Of a DNA stretch of 64,000 nucleotides, positions 20,858 through 30,993 are shown in pieces. The notes under the pieces are model-generated. The model had not been told where the DNA came from. It ran no database searches and saw only the letters and a program-made list of their open reading frames with translations. The stretch's first letter is position 1, and each line of letters begins with the position of its first letter. Position numbers and translations under genes: made by a program. The stretch covers positions 639 to 64,638 of the forward strand of contig NDHX01000002.1 of assembly GCA_013626165.1 (NCBI GenBank), read 5' to 3'. The stretch comes from Candidatus Velesiimonas alkalicola (lineage in GTDB: Bacteria; Omnitrophota; Gorgyraeia; Velesiimonadales; Velesiimonadaceae).

Positions 20858-21166
20858 ATGTCTTATCCATACAGAGTAGTTTATGCGAAAAAAGACCTTA
20901 TGAAGTTTGTGTCTCATTTGGATTTGTTGCGTCTTTTTCAGCGAGCGTCAAGGAGGGCACATATTCCGCTTAAATTGACGAAAGGATTTCATCCTCATCC
21001 GAAGATGCAATTTCAAAGAGCACTGAAACTTGGGACTGAAAGCGAAAAAGAGGAATTTGTTTTATATTTAGAGCACGAATTAGAAGCAGAAAAAATAAAG
21101 ATTCTTTTACAAAATAATCTTCCGCAAGGCATACTTATAAAAGAGGTCTATAAAGCATATGAATAA
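20858..21166 (+). CDS. TIGR03936/DUF2344 radical SAM-associated protein (short form)
   Basis: FVSHLDL.R.FQRA.RRA.IP...GFHPHP; usual position upstream of rng. Confidence 0.88.
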   Translation: MSYPYRVVYAKKDLMKFVSHLDLLRLFQRASRRAHIPLKLTKGFHPHPKMQFQRALKLGTESEKEEFVLYLEHELEAEKIKILLQNNLPQGILIKEVYKAYE

Positions 21167-22643
21167 AAAAATGCTAATAAATGTTGAAAAAAAAGAAATA
21201 AGAATTGCCATTATTGAAGACTCTGTTCTTGGGGACTATTATGTAGAAAGAACAGATACAGAAAGGCTTGTTGGAAATATTTATAAGGGTAGGGTTGTTG
21301 CTGTTGTAAGTGGGATACAGGCTGCTTTTGTTGATATAGGATTGGAGAAAAATGGGTTTCTCTACATTTCGGATATTACAGAACCACCAAATGAGATTAC
21401 AGATGAGCTAGAAATAGAAACTCAAGCAAAGAAGCCTTATCAAAAGATAGAAAAGGTTGTCCACAAAGGACAGGAGATAACAGTTCAGATTGTAAAAGAG
21501 CCATTAGGCACAAAAGGGGCAAGGCTTACCTCCCAGATTGCTATCCCCGGGCGATTTGTGGTCTTTATGCCGAATACAAAACAGTGCGGTATATCAAGAA
21601 GAATATCAGAACCAAAAGAAAGAGAAAGAATAAGAGAGATATTAAAGACCATAAGAGTTCCAGAAGGTGCAGGCGTAATTGTAAGAACAGCTGCCAGTGG
21701 ATGTTCAAAAAACGATATAATAAGTGATATAAAATATCTTTTAAGTTTGTGGGCTGATGCAAGGACAAAGGCTGTTAAATCCCCTGTTCCTTCTCTTTTA
21801 TTAGAAGAACAGGATGTTATATCCAGGGTATTGCGGGATATATTTTCAAATGAATTCTCTGAGATATATATAGACTCAAAAGATAAGCATAAGATTATCC
21901 TAAAAAATTTTGGAAAAATAATTCCTAATTTGAGGTCAAAGATTAGACTTTACCAAGAAAAAATACATCTTTTTGAAAAATTTTCAGTAGAAGATCGGAT
22001 AGACAGGATATATCAAAGGTCTGTCCACCTAAAATCAGGCGGGACAATTATTATTGAACCCACCGAAGGGCTTGTTGCCATTGATGTAAATACGGGTAAA
22101 TTTGTTGGGAAAAAGAGCCTGGAAGAAACCGCATATGCAACAAATCTTGAAGCAGCAAAAGAGATTGCAAGGCAGATAAGGCTAAGAGACATAGGCGGTA
22201 TAATAGTAATAGACTTTGTAGATATGGACATTCCCGAACACAGAAAGGCTGTGTTTAATGAATTGCAGGATGCGCTAAAAACAGACAGGGCAAGAACAAA
22301 GGTCCTTCCTATGTCGGAACTATGTGTGGTTGAGATGACGCGTCAGAGAACAAGAAAGAGCCTTGAAAGTGCATCATACCAGCAGTGCCCTTCCTGTAAA
22401 GGCAGGGGACTTGTAAAAACATATCTTACAATCTCTATAGAGATTTTAAGAGATATAAAACAATCTTTACACAGGCATGGTAAAAAATCCTTAGAGGTAA
22501 AAGTTCATCCAGATGTATCTTCTTATCTTCTAAATGAAGAAAGGAATTCTGTTAATGCTATGGAAAATGAAAATGGTGTTAAGATTTATATTCGTCCGAT
22601 TGTCGGGATGGGGACAGAGGAGTATCGGATAAAACAGATATAG
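21159..22643 (+). CDS. rng: Ribonuclease E/G family
   Basis: GNIYKG, AAFVDIG, KGARLT, IDVNTG, IVIDFVDM, EMTRQR, CPSCKG. Confidence 0.95.
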   Translation: MNKKMLINVEKKEIRIAIIEDSVLGDYYVERTDTERLVGNIYKGRVVAVVSGIQAAFVDIGLEKNGFLYISDITEPPNEITDELEIETQAKKPYQKIEKVVHKGQEITVQIVKEPLGTKGARLTSQIAIPGRFVVFMPNTKQCGISRRISEPKERERIREILKTIRVPEGAGVIVRTAASGCSKNDIISDIKYLLSLWADARTKAVKSPVPSLLLEEQDVISRVLRDIFSNEFSEIYIDSKDKHKIILKNFGKIIPNLRSKIRLYQEKIHLFEKFSVEDRIDRIYQRSVHLKSGGTIIIEPTEGLVAIDVNTGKFVGKKSLEETAYATNLEAAKEIARQIRLRDIGGIIVIDFVDMDIPEHRKAVFNELQDALKTDRARTKVLPMSELCVVEMTRQRTRKSLESASYQQCPSCKGRGLVKTYLTISIEILRDIKQSLHRHGKKSLEVKVHPDVSSYLLNEERNSVNAMENENGVKIYIRPIVGMGTEEYRIKQI

Positions 22644-22682
22644 GTAAGAAAGATTAATAGGTTAAGAACAATATAAATATCA

Positions 22683-22752
22683 AATATTAAAAAATTAAAT
22701 ATCCCCTGACAAGTCGGAGGATATTTAATTTGTTTTTCCTGCCTGACTATGT
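22683..22752. repeat. Palindrome related to family A, with a different apex (cctgacaagtcgg)
   Basis: aaattaaatatcc...ggatatttaattt stem followed by the tail cctgcctgactatg. Confidence 0.6.
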
Positions 22753-22771
22753 CTTAAGAGGAGGGTAAAAA

Positions 22772-23083
22772 ATGTATGCAGTTGTAGAAGTTGGGGATAA
22801 GCAGTATTGTGTGGAACAGGGTTCACAGATAAAGACAGAACTTATTACACCTGAACAGAACGGCAAGTTTACCGTTAAAAATGTTCTTATGATAAAGGAT
22901 GGTGAAAAGATAAAGATTGGAAGACCATTTGTAGAAGGTTCTTCTGTTGAATGTTCTGTCCTTAAAGAAGTAAAAGGACCAAAGGTTATTGCATTTCAGT
23001 ATAGAAGACGAAAAGAATCTAAGAGGACAAAGGGACACAGACAGAGATATACTCTGTTGAAGGTGGAAAAAATAGTAGTGTAA
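22772..23083 (+). CDS. rplU: 50S ribosomal protein L21
   Basis: MYAVVE.G.KQY, IGRPFV, KGHRQ. Confidence 0.97.
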   Translation: MYAVVEVGDKQYCVEQGSQIKTELITPEQNGKFTVKNVLMIKDGEKIKIGRPFVEGSSVECSVLKEVKGPKVIAFQYRRRKESKRTKGHRQRYTLLKVEKIVV

Positions 23084-23087
23084 TGGT

Positions 23088-23191
23088 CAGTAGATAGTAG
23101 GTAGTAGGTAGTAGGTAGGAAAAATATCCCTCCTCTTTATAAAAGGAGGGATATTTTTCCTACCTACTATCTACTAATTCCTGCCTACTAT
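23088..23191. repeat. Palindromic intergenic element, family A, copy 3 (symmetric chimera)
   Basis: Left arm as in copy 1; 23135-23191 identical to 19940-19996 of copy 2. Confidence 0.92.
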
Positions 23192-23206
23192 GTTTTTGGA
23201 GGATAT

Positions 23207-23446
23207 ATGGCACATACAAAAAGTCAGGGTAGTTGTAGAAATGGCAGGGATTCAAACCCAAAATATCTTGGTATAAAGTGTTATGGGGGAGAAACAGTTA
23301 AGGCCGGCACCATACTTATCCGTCAGAGAGGCACACACTTTGATGCAGGACAGAATGTAGGGATAGGAAGAGATTTTACTCTTTTTGCAAAATGCGATGG
23401 CAAAGTTTTTTTCCCAAAAAACCATGTTGTTGCGATTGTATCATAA
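23207..23446 (+). CDS. rpmA: 50S ribosomal protein L27
   Basis: [28 protein letters not shown]. Confidence 0.97.
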   Translation: MAHTKSQGSCRNGRDSNPKYLGIKCYGGETVKAGTILIRQRGTHFDAGQNVGIGRDFTLFAKCDGKVFFPKNHVVAIVS

Positions 23447-23464
23447 AAAGTTATAGGAGAAAGC

Positions 23465-24790
23465 GTGGCAAAGATAGCCTTTATTGGCGCTGGCAGTTTA
23501 GGGTTCACCCGGGGGTTGGTGCGAGATATTCTGACCTTTCCCCTGATGGCCGATGCCACATTGCACTTAATGGACGTTGACAAGGAGCGTCTGGAATTTG
23601 CTAAGGATGCGGTCCAGCGCATTGTGGATTTAGGCAAATATCCGGCAAAAGTTAAGGCAACCCTGGACCGCAAAGAGGCAGTTAAGGGAGCAAATGCGGT
23701 GTTGTGTACCATCCTATCCGGAGGTGTTCGTGTTTTCCGGCACGACATAGAAATCCCCAAAAAGTACGGTGTGGATATCAATATCGGCGATACCCGGGGA
23801 GTTTCGGGTATCTTTAGAGCGCTGAGGACCATTCCGGTGATGGTTGGTATCTGCCGGGATATGGAGAAATATTGTCCGGATGCGATTCTGCTTAATTATA
23901 CCAATCCCATGGCGATGCTTTGCCGGGCGATGCAAAGAACTTCCAGTATTAAGGTTACCGGTCTGTGCCACAGTGTCCAGGGAACCGCGGAGATGCTGGC
24001 GGACTGGATCGGTGCTTCTATGGACCGGATTACCTACCTGTGTGCCGGTATCAACCACCAGTCCTGGTTTATAGAATACAAGAAGGACGGAAAGGATGCC
24101 AGACCTTTGATTCGGAAGGCGATACGGAAAAAGGAGATTTATAATGCCGAGCTTGTCCGTAACGAGATGTTTCTCCATTTAGACTATTACGTTACCGAAT
24201 CCAGCGGTCACAACTCGGAATATAACTGGTGGTTCCGGAAGAGGCCGGATTTGATTGAGAAGTACTGTACGCACGGAACTAACTGGAATCCCGGTGTCTA
24301 CGCCTACATTCTGCAAGAATACTTAGGAAGGGAAGATACCTGGAAGAAAGAGACAAAGGAGTGGTTAGCAAAGAAAGAACCGATTCCTTTAGAAAGGGGC
24401 AAGGAGTATGCCGCCAGCATTATTAACGCCTACTTAGGCGGGGAGATGTACGAATTTAACGGTAACGTGCCGAACAACGGAATCGTTACCAACCTTCCGT
24501 ACGGTGCCTGCGTTGAGGTGCCGGTGGTTGCCAACAGGCGGGGATTCAATTCCGTTCATGTGGGTGCGCTTCCGCCTCAGTGTGCGGCGCTCAATAACGT
24601 CAGTATTGCGGTGGAGGAAATGGCGGTGGAGGCAGCCCTGACCGGTAATAGCCGGTTAGCCTTTCAGGCTATCGCCTATGACCCGCTTACCGCAGCGGTA
24701 TTGTCGTTAGCGGAGATTAAGAAAATGGTGGCGGAGATGTTGGCTATCAACAGGCCGTACATACCCCAGTTCAAAAGCATAAAAATTTAA
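23465..24790 (+). CDS. melA: GH4 NAD-dependent alpha-galactosidase
   Basis: [32 protein letters not shown]. Visibly GC-richer than its neighbours. Confidence 0.9.
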   Translation: MAKIAFIGAGSLGFTRGLVRDILTFPLMADATLHLMDVDKERLEFAKDAVQRIVDLGKYPAKVKATLDRKEAVKGANAVLCTILSGGVRVFRHDIEIPKKYGVDINIGDTRGVSGIFRALRTIPVMVGICRDMEKYCPDAILLNYTNPMAMLCRAMQRTSSIKVTGLCHSVQGTAEMLADWIGASMDRITYLCAGINHQSWFIEYKKDGKDARPLIRKAIRKKEIYNAELVRNEMFLHLDYYVTESSGHNSEYNWWFRKRPDLIEKYCTHGTNWNPGVYAYILQEYLGREDTWKKETKEWLAKKEPIPLERGKEYAASIINAYLGGEMYEFNGNVPNNGIVTNLPYGACVEVPVVANRRGFNSVHVGALPPQCAALNNVSIAVEEMAVEAALTGNSRLAFQAIAYDPLTAAVLSLAEIKKMVAEMLAINRPYIPQFKSIKI

Positions 24791-24819
24791 GAAAAACCTC
24801 TGATAAGTAATATAATTTT

Positions 24820-25485
24820 ATGAGATATGTCACTGCTCAACAAATGAGAGAGATTGACCGTTACACTATTGAAAAGGAGGGCGTTTCGGCATCTGTGTTG
24901 ATGGAAAACGCTGGCCGAGCCGTGGCAGAAGAGGCAATGAAGATAATAAGAACCGGAACGGTGGCTATTTTTGCCGGGTACGGTAACAATGGTGGAGATG
25001 GCCTGGTAACTGCAAGATATATTAAAAGACGAGGTTATAACATTAGGGTATTTTTAGTGGGTAAGAATCGTGTCTTCAGCCCGGAAACAGAAGAACATCA
25101 CCGGAAGATTTCGAGATTAGGTGTGGTATCTCAAAAGATTGCGACCATTAATGAAATAGAGAAGAACCTTAATAAATTTGCCCCAGATCTTATTGTTGAC
25201 GCCATATTCGGGATAGGTATTCGGCGGTATCTGGATGAATTTTATGTAAAACTGATTGGCCGAATTAATGCTTTCAGCGTACCGGTGGTAGCAGTGGACA
25301 TACCAAGTGGTCTTGATGCCGATACCGGAGAACCCTGCGCTGGTGAAGCCGTCAAAGCAAATGTAACCGTTACCTTTGGCTATCCCAAGATTGGTTTTAA
25401 GAATCCCGAGGCAAAGTATTACACCGGAAAGGTCGTTGTAGCAGATATTGGACTCATTCTTCCTTCGTCCTTTATGGTACAATAA
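24820..25485 (+). CDS. nnrE: NAD(P)H-hydrate epimerase (YjeF-N)
   Basis: LMENAG, GNNGGDG, VDAIFGIG, VDIPSG, ADIG. Confidence 0.93.
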   Translation: MRYVTAQQMREIDRYTIEKEGVSASVLMENAGRAVAEEAMKIIRTGTVAIFAGYGNNGGDGLVTARYIKRRGYNIRVFLVGKNRVFSPETEEHHRKISRLGVVSQKIATINEIEKNLNKFAPDLIVDAIFGIGIRRYLDEFYVKLIGRINAFSVPVVAVDIPSGLDADTGEPCAGEAVKANVTVTFGYPKIGFKNPEAKYYTGKVVVADIGLILPSSFMVQ

Positions 25486-25542
25486 GAGGCGGAGACTCCA
25501 AAATGATACAGGTAAAAAAACGTGGAGTTTTACTTTAAATTT

Positions 25543-27984
25543 ATGTTAAAAAGATTTTTCTATATTTTTTTAGTAAGCCTTTCCTTTAGCACATATTGTT
25601 TTTGTGCAAACGAGGAGGAAAACAATTTTATTGTTCTTGAAAAGCTTGTAAATGATGGATTGTATGAAAGTGCTGTCAATCAAATAAATACCTTCATTAG
25701 TAAATATCCCAGTAGTAAACGCATCAAAGAGGTAAATATTCTTCTTGCTCGGTCTTATCTAAATCTTGGCAGAACAAAAGAAGCAATTGCCATCCTTGAT
25801 ACATTTCTTGTATCAAAAAAATACAATGAATTCAGTGAACAGGCATTATATCTAATTGCAGAGGTTTACTATAAAGATAAAAACTATAAAACTGCAATGC
25901 AGTATTATGAGAGGTTAAAAAAGGAGTTTCCCAATTTTCTTTTGTCTGTATATGCAGAAATAGCATCTGCATGGTATCTTGTTGAACTTGAAAATTATAA
26001 TGAAGCATTAAAAAGGTTGGAAAAGGTGCTTGAAAACAATCCATCAGGCCATATTGCAGAAGATGTAACATTTAAAATTGCGCAAGTTTTTTATCTATCC
26101 GGTAAAAAAGAGCAGGCCACGCTATGGTTTAAAAAGTATATTGAACAATTCCCTGTGGGTGCAAATTTTTCTAATTCTTACTACTGGCTTGCCGAAATAT
26201 CATACAGTAAAGGAGATTATAGTAAAGCAATTGAAAATTATCAAGTGTCTGCTATGGATAAAAAAGGTGTTTATGCATCTGCCTCTCTTTATGGTTTAGG
26301 ATGGGCATACTGGAAGTTAAATAATCTTGAAAAAAGTATTTTCTATTTTCAGAAAGCATATATAGAACACCCTGATGTGCCTTTTGCCGATTCGGTCTTA
26401 TACAAGATGGGGAGAATATTTTTTCTTATAGGAAAACAGGATGCTGCAATTGAAAAACTTCAGGAACTTTATACAAAATTCCCATCATCTGAACTGGCTG
26501 ATGATGCAGTCTTTGATATTGCAGATAACCTTTCAAGAAAAGGTATGCACACCGATGCAATTGCATATTATAAATTAGGGATTGAAAAATATCCATACAG
26601 CCCCAGAACCGATGAGGCAGAATATAACCTCTACTGGACACTGTATTTGGCTGGTTTAGAAAAGGAAGCTCTTAACGGGTTTGTTTCTATCATTAAAAAT
26701 TCAAAAGATGTGATGCTAAAAGCATCTTCTTTGTGTAGGATTGGTGATATAAGACTTGCAAAAAAGGAATATGAACTTGCCATGGAAGCATATGATAGTG
26801 TATTAAAACAGTATCCAACCTCTATTCAGGCAGATTATGCACAGTACCAGATAGGCATTGTTCTTTATCAACAGAGAAAGTATGAGGCTTCAATTATGGC
26901 GTTTCAGAGTGTGTATGTGAATTTTCCTAAAAGTATTTATAGACAGTCAGCATTATACAAAATAGGTGTAGCGTATTTTAAAAGTGGCAATTACAGGGCT
27001 TCTGTTGAAACATTCTCCAGACTTTTAAAAGATTATCCTGATACACTTTTTAAGCAGGATGCACTGTTCCAAACAGGTATTGCAATGTATAATGACGGCA
27101 GATATGAAGATGCTCTGGTGGTGTTTAAAGATATTGTAAAAAATTATTCATCTGAAGAAATAGGCTGGAAATCTAAGTATCAGATCGCATGGATATATCT
27201 GCAGACAGGGAAAGAGGATATCGCAGTAAAGGAATTTGAACAGTTTATAATAGAATATCCAAGATCCCAGATAGTTCCAGATATACTTTACTGGCTTGCA
27301 GAATATTTTTATGAAAAAAACGATACAAGATCTGCAATAAGATACTTAAAAACAATAATACAGGATTATCAGAGTTCAAATTTAAAGTATGATGCATATT
27401 ATCTACTGGGTCTTATATCCTACAATAGAGATCAGATAAGACCATCTGTATCCTTCCTTGAGAAGGTTGTGTCTGATAACCCAAAAAGCCCTGCTGGTTC
27501 AAGGTCTTTGCTTCTTCTTTCAAGGATACTTGTAGAGAAAGACAACGATGAGGAGGCAATAAAAATACTTTCTGGACATCTCAAAAAATATCCCGAAGCC
27601 TATATGTCATCAATATTGTGGCAGAGATTGGGGGATGTTTATAATGCTCAAAAGTCTTATACACAGGCAATTGCTTCTTACAGGAAGGCGCAGGAAAATG
27701 CTGAAGAAGCCTTTTTGCCGCAGATACATTTTTCAATAGGCACCTGTTATGAAGAGATGGGAAAGGTTGCGGAAGCAGTTACTGAATATTTAAGGATTCC
27801 TTACCTTTTTCCTGAAAATTTGTCCTGGAAGATAAAGGCATATTTGCGCGTTGCAAAGATATTAGAATACGAACAAAAAACTGATGATGCCCTTAAATTA
27901 TATAAAAATGTTGTAAATGAAAATGTGCCGGAATCAAAATTTGCGCAAGAAAGAATAGAAAAAATTAAAAGTATTAAAAAATGA
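25543..27984 (+). CDS. Exported tetratricopeptide repeat protein (YbgF/BamD-like repeats)
   Basis: Signal peptide followed by many TPR units ending in YP.S / FP.S. Confidence 0.88.
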   Translation: MLKRFFYIFLVSLSFSTYCFCANEEENNFIVLEKLVNDGLYESAVNQINTFISKYPSSKRIKEVNILLARSYLNLGRTKEAIAILDTFLVSKKYNEFSEQALYLIAEVYYKDKNYKTAMQYYERLKKEFPNFLLSVYAEIASAWYLVELENYNEALKRLEKVLENNPSGHIAEDVTFKIAQVFYLSGKKEQATLWFKKYIEQFPVGANFSNSYYWLAEISYSKGDYSKAIENYQVSAMDKKGVYASASLYGLGWAYWKLNNLEKSIFYFQKAYIEHPDVPFADSVLYKMGRIFFLIGKQDAAIEKLQELYTKFPSSELADDAVFDIADNLSRKGMHTDAIAYYKLGIEKYPYSPRTDEAEYNLYWTLYLAGLEKEALNGFVSIIKNSKDVMLKASSLCRIGDIRLAKKEYELAMEAYDSVLKQYPTSIQADYAQYQIGIVLYQQRKYEASIMAFQSVYVNFPKSIYRQSALYKIGVAYFKSGNYRASVETFSRLLKDYPDTLFKQDALFQTGIAMYNDGRYEDALVVFKDIVKNYSSEEIGWKSKYQIAWIYLQTGKEDIAVKEFEQFIIEYPRSQIVPDILYWLAEYFYEKNDTRSAIRYLKTIIQDYQSSNLKYDAYYLLGLISYNRDQIRPSVSFLEKVVSDNPKSPAGSRSLLLLSRILVEKDNDEEAIKILSGHLKKYPEAYMSSILWQRLGDVYNAQKSYTQAIASYRKAQENAEEAFLPQIHFSIGTCYEEMGKVAEAVTEYLRIPYLFPENLSWKIKAYLRVAKILEYEQKTDDALKLYKNVVNENVPESKFAQERIEKIKSIKK

Positions 27985-28264
27985 TAAATTTAAAAAACAT
28001 GCTTTTTATTATTAATATTCAAAATGACTTTTGTCAAGGCGGAAAAGCCTAGCGATCCCTGATGGGAACAGGGTTGTTCCGAGTTGTAAGTCTTGAGGAC
28101 ACAGATTTTTGAAAAATGGCACCGATTTTAAGGTCTGATGAGTTTTTCTTGCGGACCCCCTGTAATAAAAAATGGTACTGTGGGAGGATATAGATTCATA
28201 TTCGGCGTTTTTTAAAAATGATAAAAAAATAAAAATAGATACATAAACTTTTAGAGATGAACCT

Positions 28265-29785
28265 ATGAGGATAGCGGTTTATCCGATAGTTGTTATTGCT
28301 ATATCATTTTGTTTGGGAATTCTTTTAGGTTCATTCGCCTTCTTTAACTCTGCCCTGTATTTCGTCATTGCCCTTACACTTCTGGTTTTACTTTTCTTTC
28401 TATTAAACCTTTCTTTGCCTTTCACAATAGTTTTGATTTTTGCAAGTCTTTTTACAGGGGCATCTTCATATTCATTATGGAATGAAGAGATTAACAAACA
28501 GGTTGAATTTTTAAATAATTTTCAACATTCAACAGTCTCTGTAAGAGGCATTGTTGTAAGCAGGCCGGTTGTATCATACACACCTACTGGAAGAACAAGA
28601 TTTAGATATGTATTGAGGGTTCAACAGATTGAAAACCATACTGCAAACTGCAATATAATTGTCATTGCATATGGAGATAAGAATACGGTCTGTTATGGAG
28701 ATGAGATTCTTATAAAAGGAAGATTAGAAAAAAACACACGAAGATCTGATCGTATAAAATTTAACGCAGCATCAATATTCAAAGTAAGAGCAAGAAATGC
28801 AACCCATATTATAAATAAAGACAGGGGAAATAAGTTTGTGGCATTAACTCTTAGGCTTAAAAACAGGGCAGAATCTATTATAAAAGATATTATTCCGGAT
28901 CCTGTGTTTGGAAACCTTCAATCCCACACCTCATCCGCTCTTGTTTCTGCTCTTTTATTGGGAGACAGAATAAATATTCCTTCTTCTGTAGAGCTCGGAT
29001 TTTTCAGAACAGGTACCATACATATACTTTCGGTAAGCGGTCTTCATGTTGGTATAATTATATTTATACTTCTTTATTTTCTCTATATGGCAAGATGTCC
29101 AAAAAAAATTATCTGGATTGTTCTTATGGTTTTTCTGGTAGCATATTCAATACTTACAGGTTTAAAGCCGCCTGTTATTCGTGCCAGTATCATGGGGGTT
29201 ATATTTCTGATAGGACTTTCAATGGAGAGAGAAACATCTGTCTGGGTATCACTATGTACTGCACTTCTTATTATATTATATTTTTCTCCGTCACAGCTGT
29301 TTAACATTAGTTTTCAACTTTCATTTTTGTCTCTTGCGGGTGTTTTTATAGGAGCACATATTTTTAAGAAAGTATGGCGGTTTGATATAAAAAGTGTTTT
29401 TCAAAAAATTACATCTTATGTTACACAGTCTTTTTTTATATCTTCATTTGCCTGCCTTGCAACATTGCCCGTGATATCTATGTATTTTGGCATAATAACC
29501 CCTGTCGGTCTTATTGCAAACATTATCATAATCCCTCTGGCAAGTCTGTTTCTTGCAACAAGTATTGCCGCACTTTTTTTCAGCATATTTTCTAATTTTT
29601 TAGCAGGTGTATTAGGAGAAACAACTTCTATTCTTGCATTATTTATGTGTAAAATTGCAGAATTTCTTTCACATATTCCATTTGGTTACCTTATGTTTGA
29701 TTTTCCGGCTTGGGCAATAGTTATCTATTATCTGATATTTTTTCTTGTTGTATTTGTTGGTTATGTCAAAATGTGTAAAAAGTAG
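28265..29785 (+). CDS. comEC: ComEC/Rec2 competence membrane protein (no beta-lactamase domain)
   Basis: ALLLGD, GTIHILSVSGLHV, RASIM, FQLSF. Confidence 0.92.
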   Translation: MRIAVYPIVVIAISFCLGILLGSFAFFNSALYFVIALTLLVLLFFLLNLSLPFTIVLIFASLFTGASSYSLWNEEINKQVEFLNNFQHSTVSVRGIVVSRPVVSYTPTGRTRFRYVLRVQQIENHTANCNIIVIAYGDKNTVCYGDEILIKGRLEKNTRRSDRIKFNAASIFKVRARNATHIINKDRGNKFVALTLRLKNRAESIIKDIIPDPVFGNLQSHTSSALVSALLLGDRINIPSSVELGFFRTGTIHILSVSGLHVGIIIFILLYFLYMARCPKKIIWIVLMVFLVAYSILTGLKPPVIRASIMGVIFLIGLSMERETSVWVSLCTALLIILYFSPSQLFNISFQLSFLSLAGVFIGAHIFKKVWRFDIKSVFQKITSYVTQSFFISSFACLATLPVISMYFGIITPVGLIANIIIIPLASLFLATSIAALFFSIFSNFLAGVLGETTSILALFMCKIAEFLSHIPFGYLMFDFPAWAIVIYYLIFFLVVFVGYVKMCKK

Positions 29786-29799
29786 AAAGAATACTTAAA

Positions 29800-30861
29800 A
29801 TGAAAATATGTATAATTGGTCTACCAGGTGCAGGTAAAAAGACATTGTTTCAGGCCCTTACAGAGTGTGAAATCAAGGATAAGGATATTTCAGCACCCCT
29901 GTTAAAAGGGACTGTAAGGGTTAATGACCCCAGGTTTGATGTGCTATTGGGCATATTAAATCCCAAAACAAGTGTCCGACCTGCCATAAAAATAGAACTC
30001 TTTCAAAACACAGAGGAAAGATTTTCATCCAATCCACAGACTATCAATGACATTGTCAAAAGCGACCTTATATGCTGTGTTATACGAACATTTAAAGACG
30101 ACTCTGTTTGTCATATAAAAGGTTCAATAGACCCCGGAAGAGACATAGAAATTATAAGATCAGAGTTTTTTTTAAGTGACCTTTTATTTATTGAAAAAAG
30201 ACTTGAAAGAATTGATAAGGATTTAAAAAAGATAAAAGACCAGACAGTTCAGCAAGAGAGAGCATTTCTTAATAAAATCAAGGGCCATCTTGAAAAATCC
30301 TTACTGCTTATAGACTGTAATTTTAATTCTCAGGAAAAAAAGATAATAGCCGGCTATCCGTTTCTTACTTTAAAGAAAATCATTTTTATCTTAAATGTAT
30401 CTGAACCGGATATAAAAAATACAAAGATTTTAGAAGCGATAAAGGGAACTTATATAGATTTTACAGGAATACAGATTTGCGCAAAAGTGGAATCCGAGAT
30501 TGCATTTCTTGAAGAGAAAGATAGGAAACAGTTTTTTGATGTTCTTGGCATACAAGAACCTGCCCTGCATCTTCTTACCCGCTTGTGCATGAAAGAATTG
30601 AATCTTATATCTTTTTTCACAATTAGAGAAGGTAAGGCAACGCAATGGCTGCTCCAAAAAGGCTCAACTGCTGTTGATGCCGCATCTTTAATACATACAA
30701 GTATGGGCAAAGGTTTTATAAGAGCAGAGGTTATAAAATATGATGATATTATAAGGCTTGGGACTGAACAAAAAGTCAAACAAGAAGGGAAGATGGACAG
30801 GGAAGGCAGGGAATACATTTTGGAAGACGGCGACATCCTGAACATCCATTTTAATGTATAA
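29800..30861 (+). CDS. YchF-like protein (DUF933 C-terminus) with degenerate nucleotide-binding motifs
   Basis: DPRFD.L, LISFFT, IHT...GFIRAEV, EG.EY...DGD....FNV. G1 is GAGKKT and there is no DxAG. Confidence 0.85.
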   Translation: MKICIIGLPGAGKKTLFQALTECEIKDKDISAPLLKGTVRVNDPRFDVLLGILNPKTSVRPAIKIELFQNTEERFSSNPQTINDIVKSDLICCVIRTFKDDSVCHIKGSIDPGRDIEIIRSEFFLSDLLFIEKRLERIDKDLKKIKDQTVQQERAFLNKIKGHLEKSLLLIDCNFNSQEKKIIAGYPFLTLKKIIFILNVSEPDIKNTKILEAIKGTYIDFTGIQICAKVESEIAFLEEKDRKQFFDVLGIQEPALHLLTRLCMKELNLISFFTIREGKATQWLLQKGSTAVDAASLIHTSMGKGFIRAEVIKYDDIIRLGTEQKVKQEGKMDREGREYILEDGDILNIHFNV

Positions 30862-30993
30862 AGCCTAATAAACAGTGTAGATAAAGTGTCGAGGGTTCGA
30901 GGTGTTGAGGGTTCCCTGCCTGCGGTAGGCAAGGATTTTTGAATTTTCTTTAGAGAGGAGGGTAAAAAATTGTGGGTAAGGTAGGTATTGAGC

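Noticed and set aside
16545-23191. CRISPR array from the repeated agtaggt units
   Set aside because: No regular repeat-spacer periodicity, copies are dispersed, and there are no cas genes.
23323-24178. Long antisense ORFs over melA, and similar shadow ORFs over leuC, cysS and the glycoside hydrolase
   Set aside because: They lie opposite well-supported genes and have no motifs or start signals.
28021-28085. c-di-GMP-I riboswitch or SRP Alu domain
   Set aside because: Only superficial resemblance: no GGCAAA/GNRA-receptor P1, no loop-loop complementarity, no SRP helix 8 motif.
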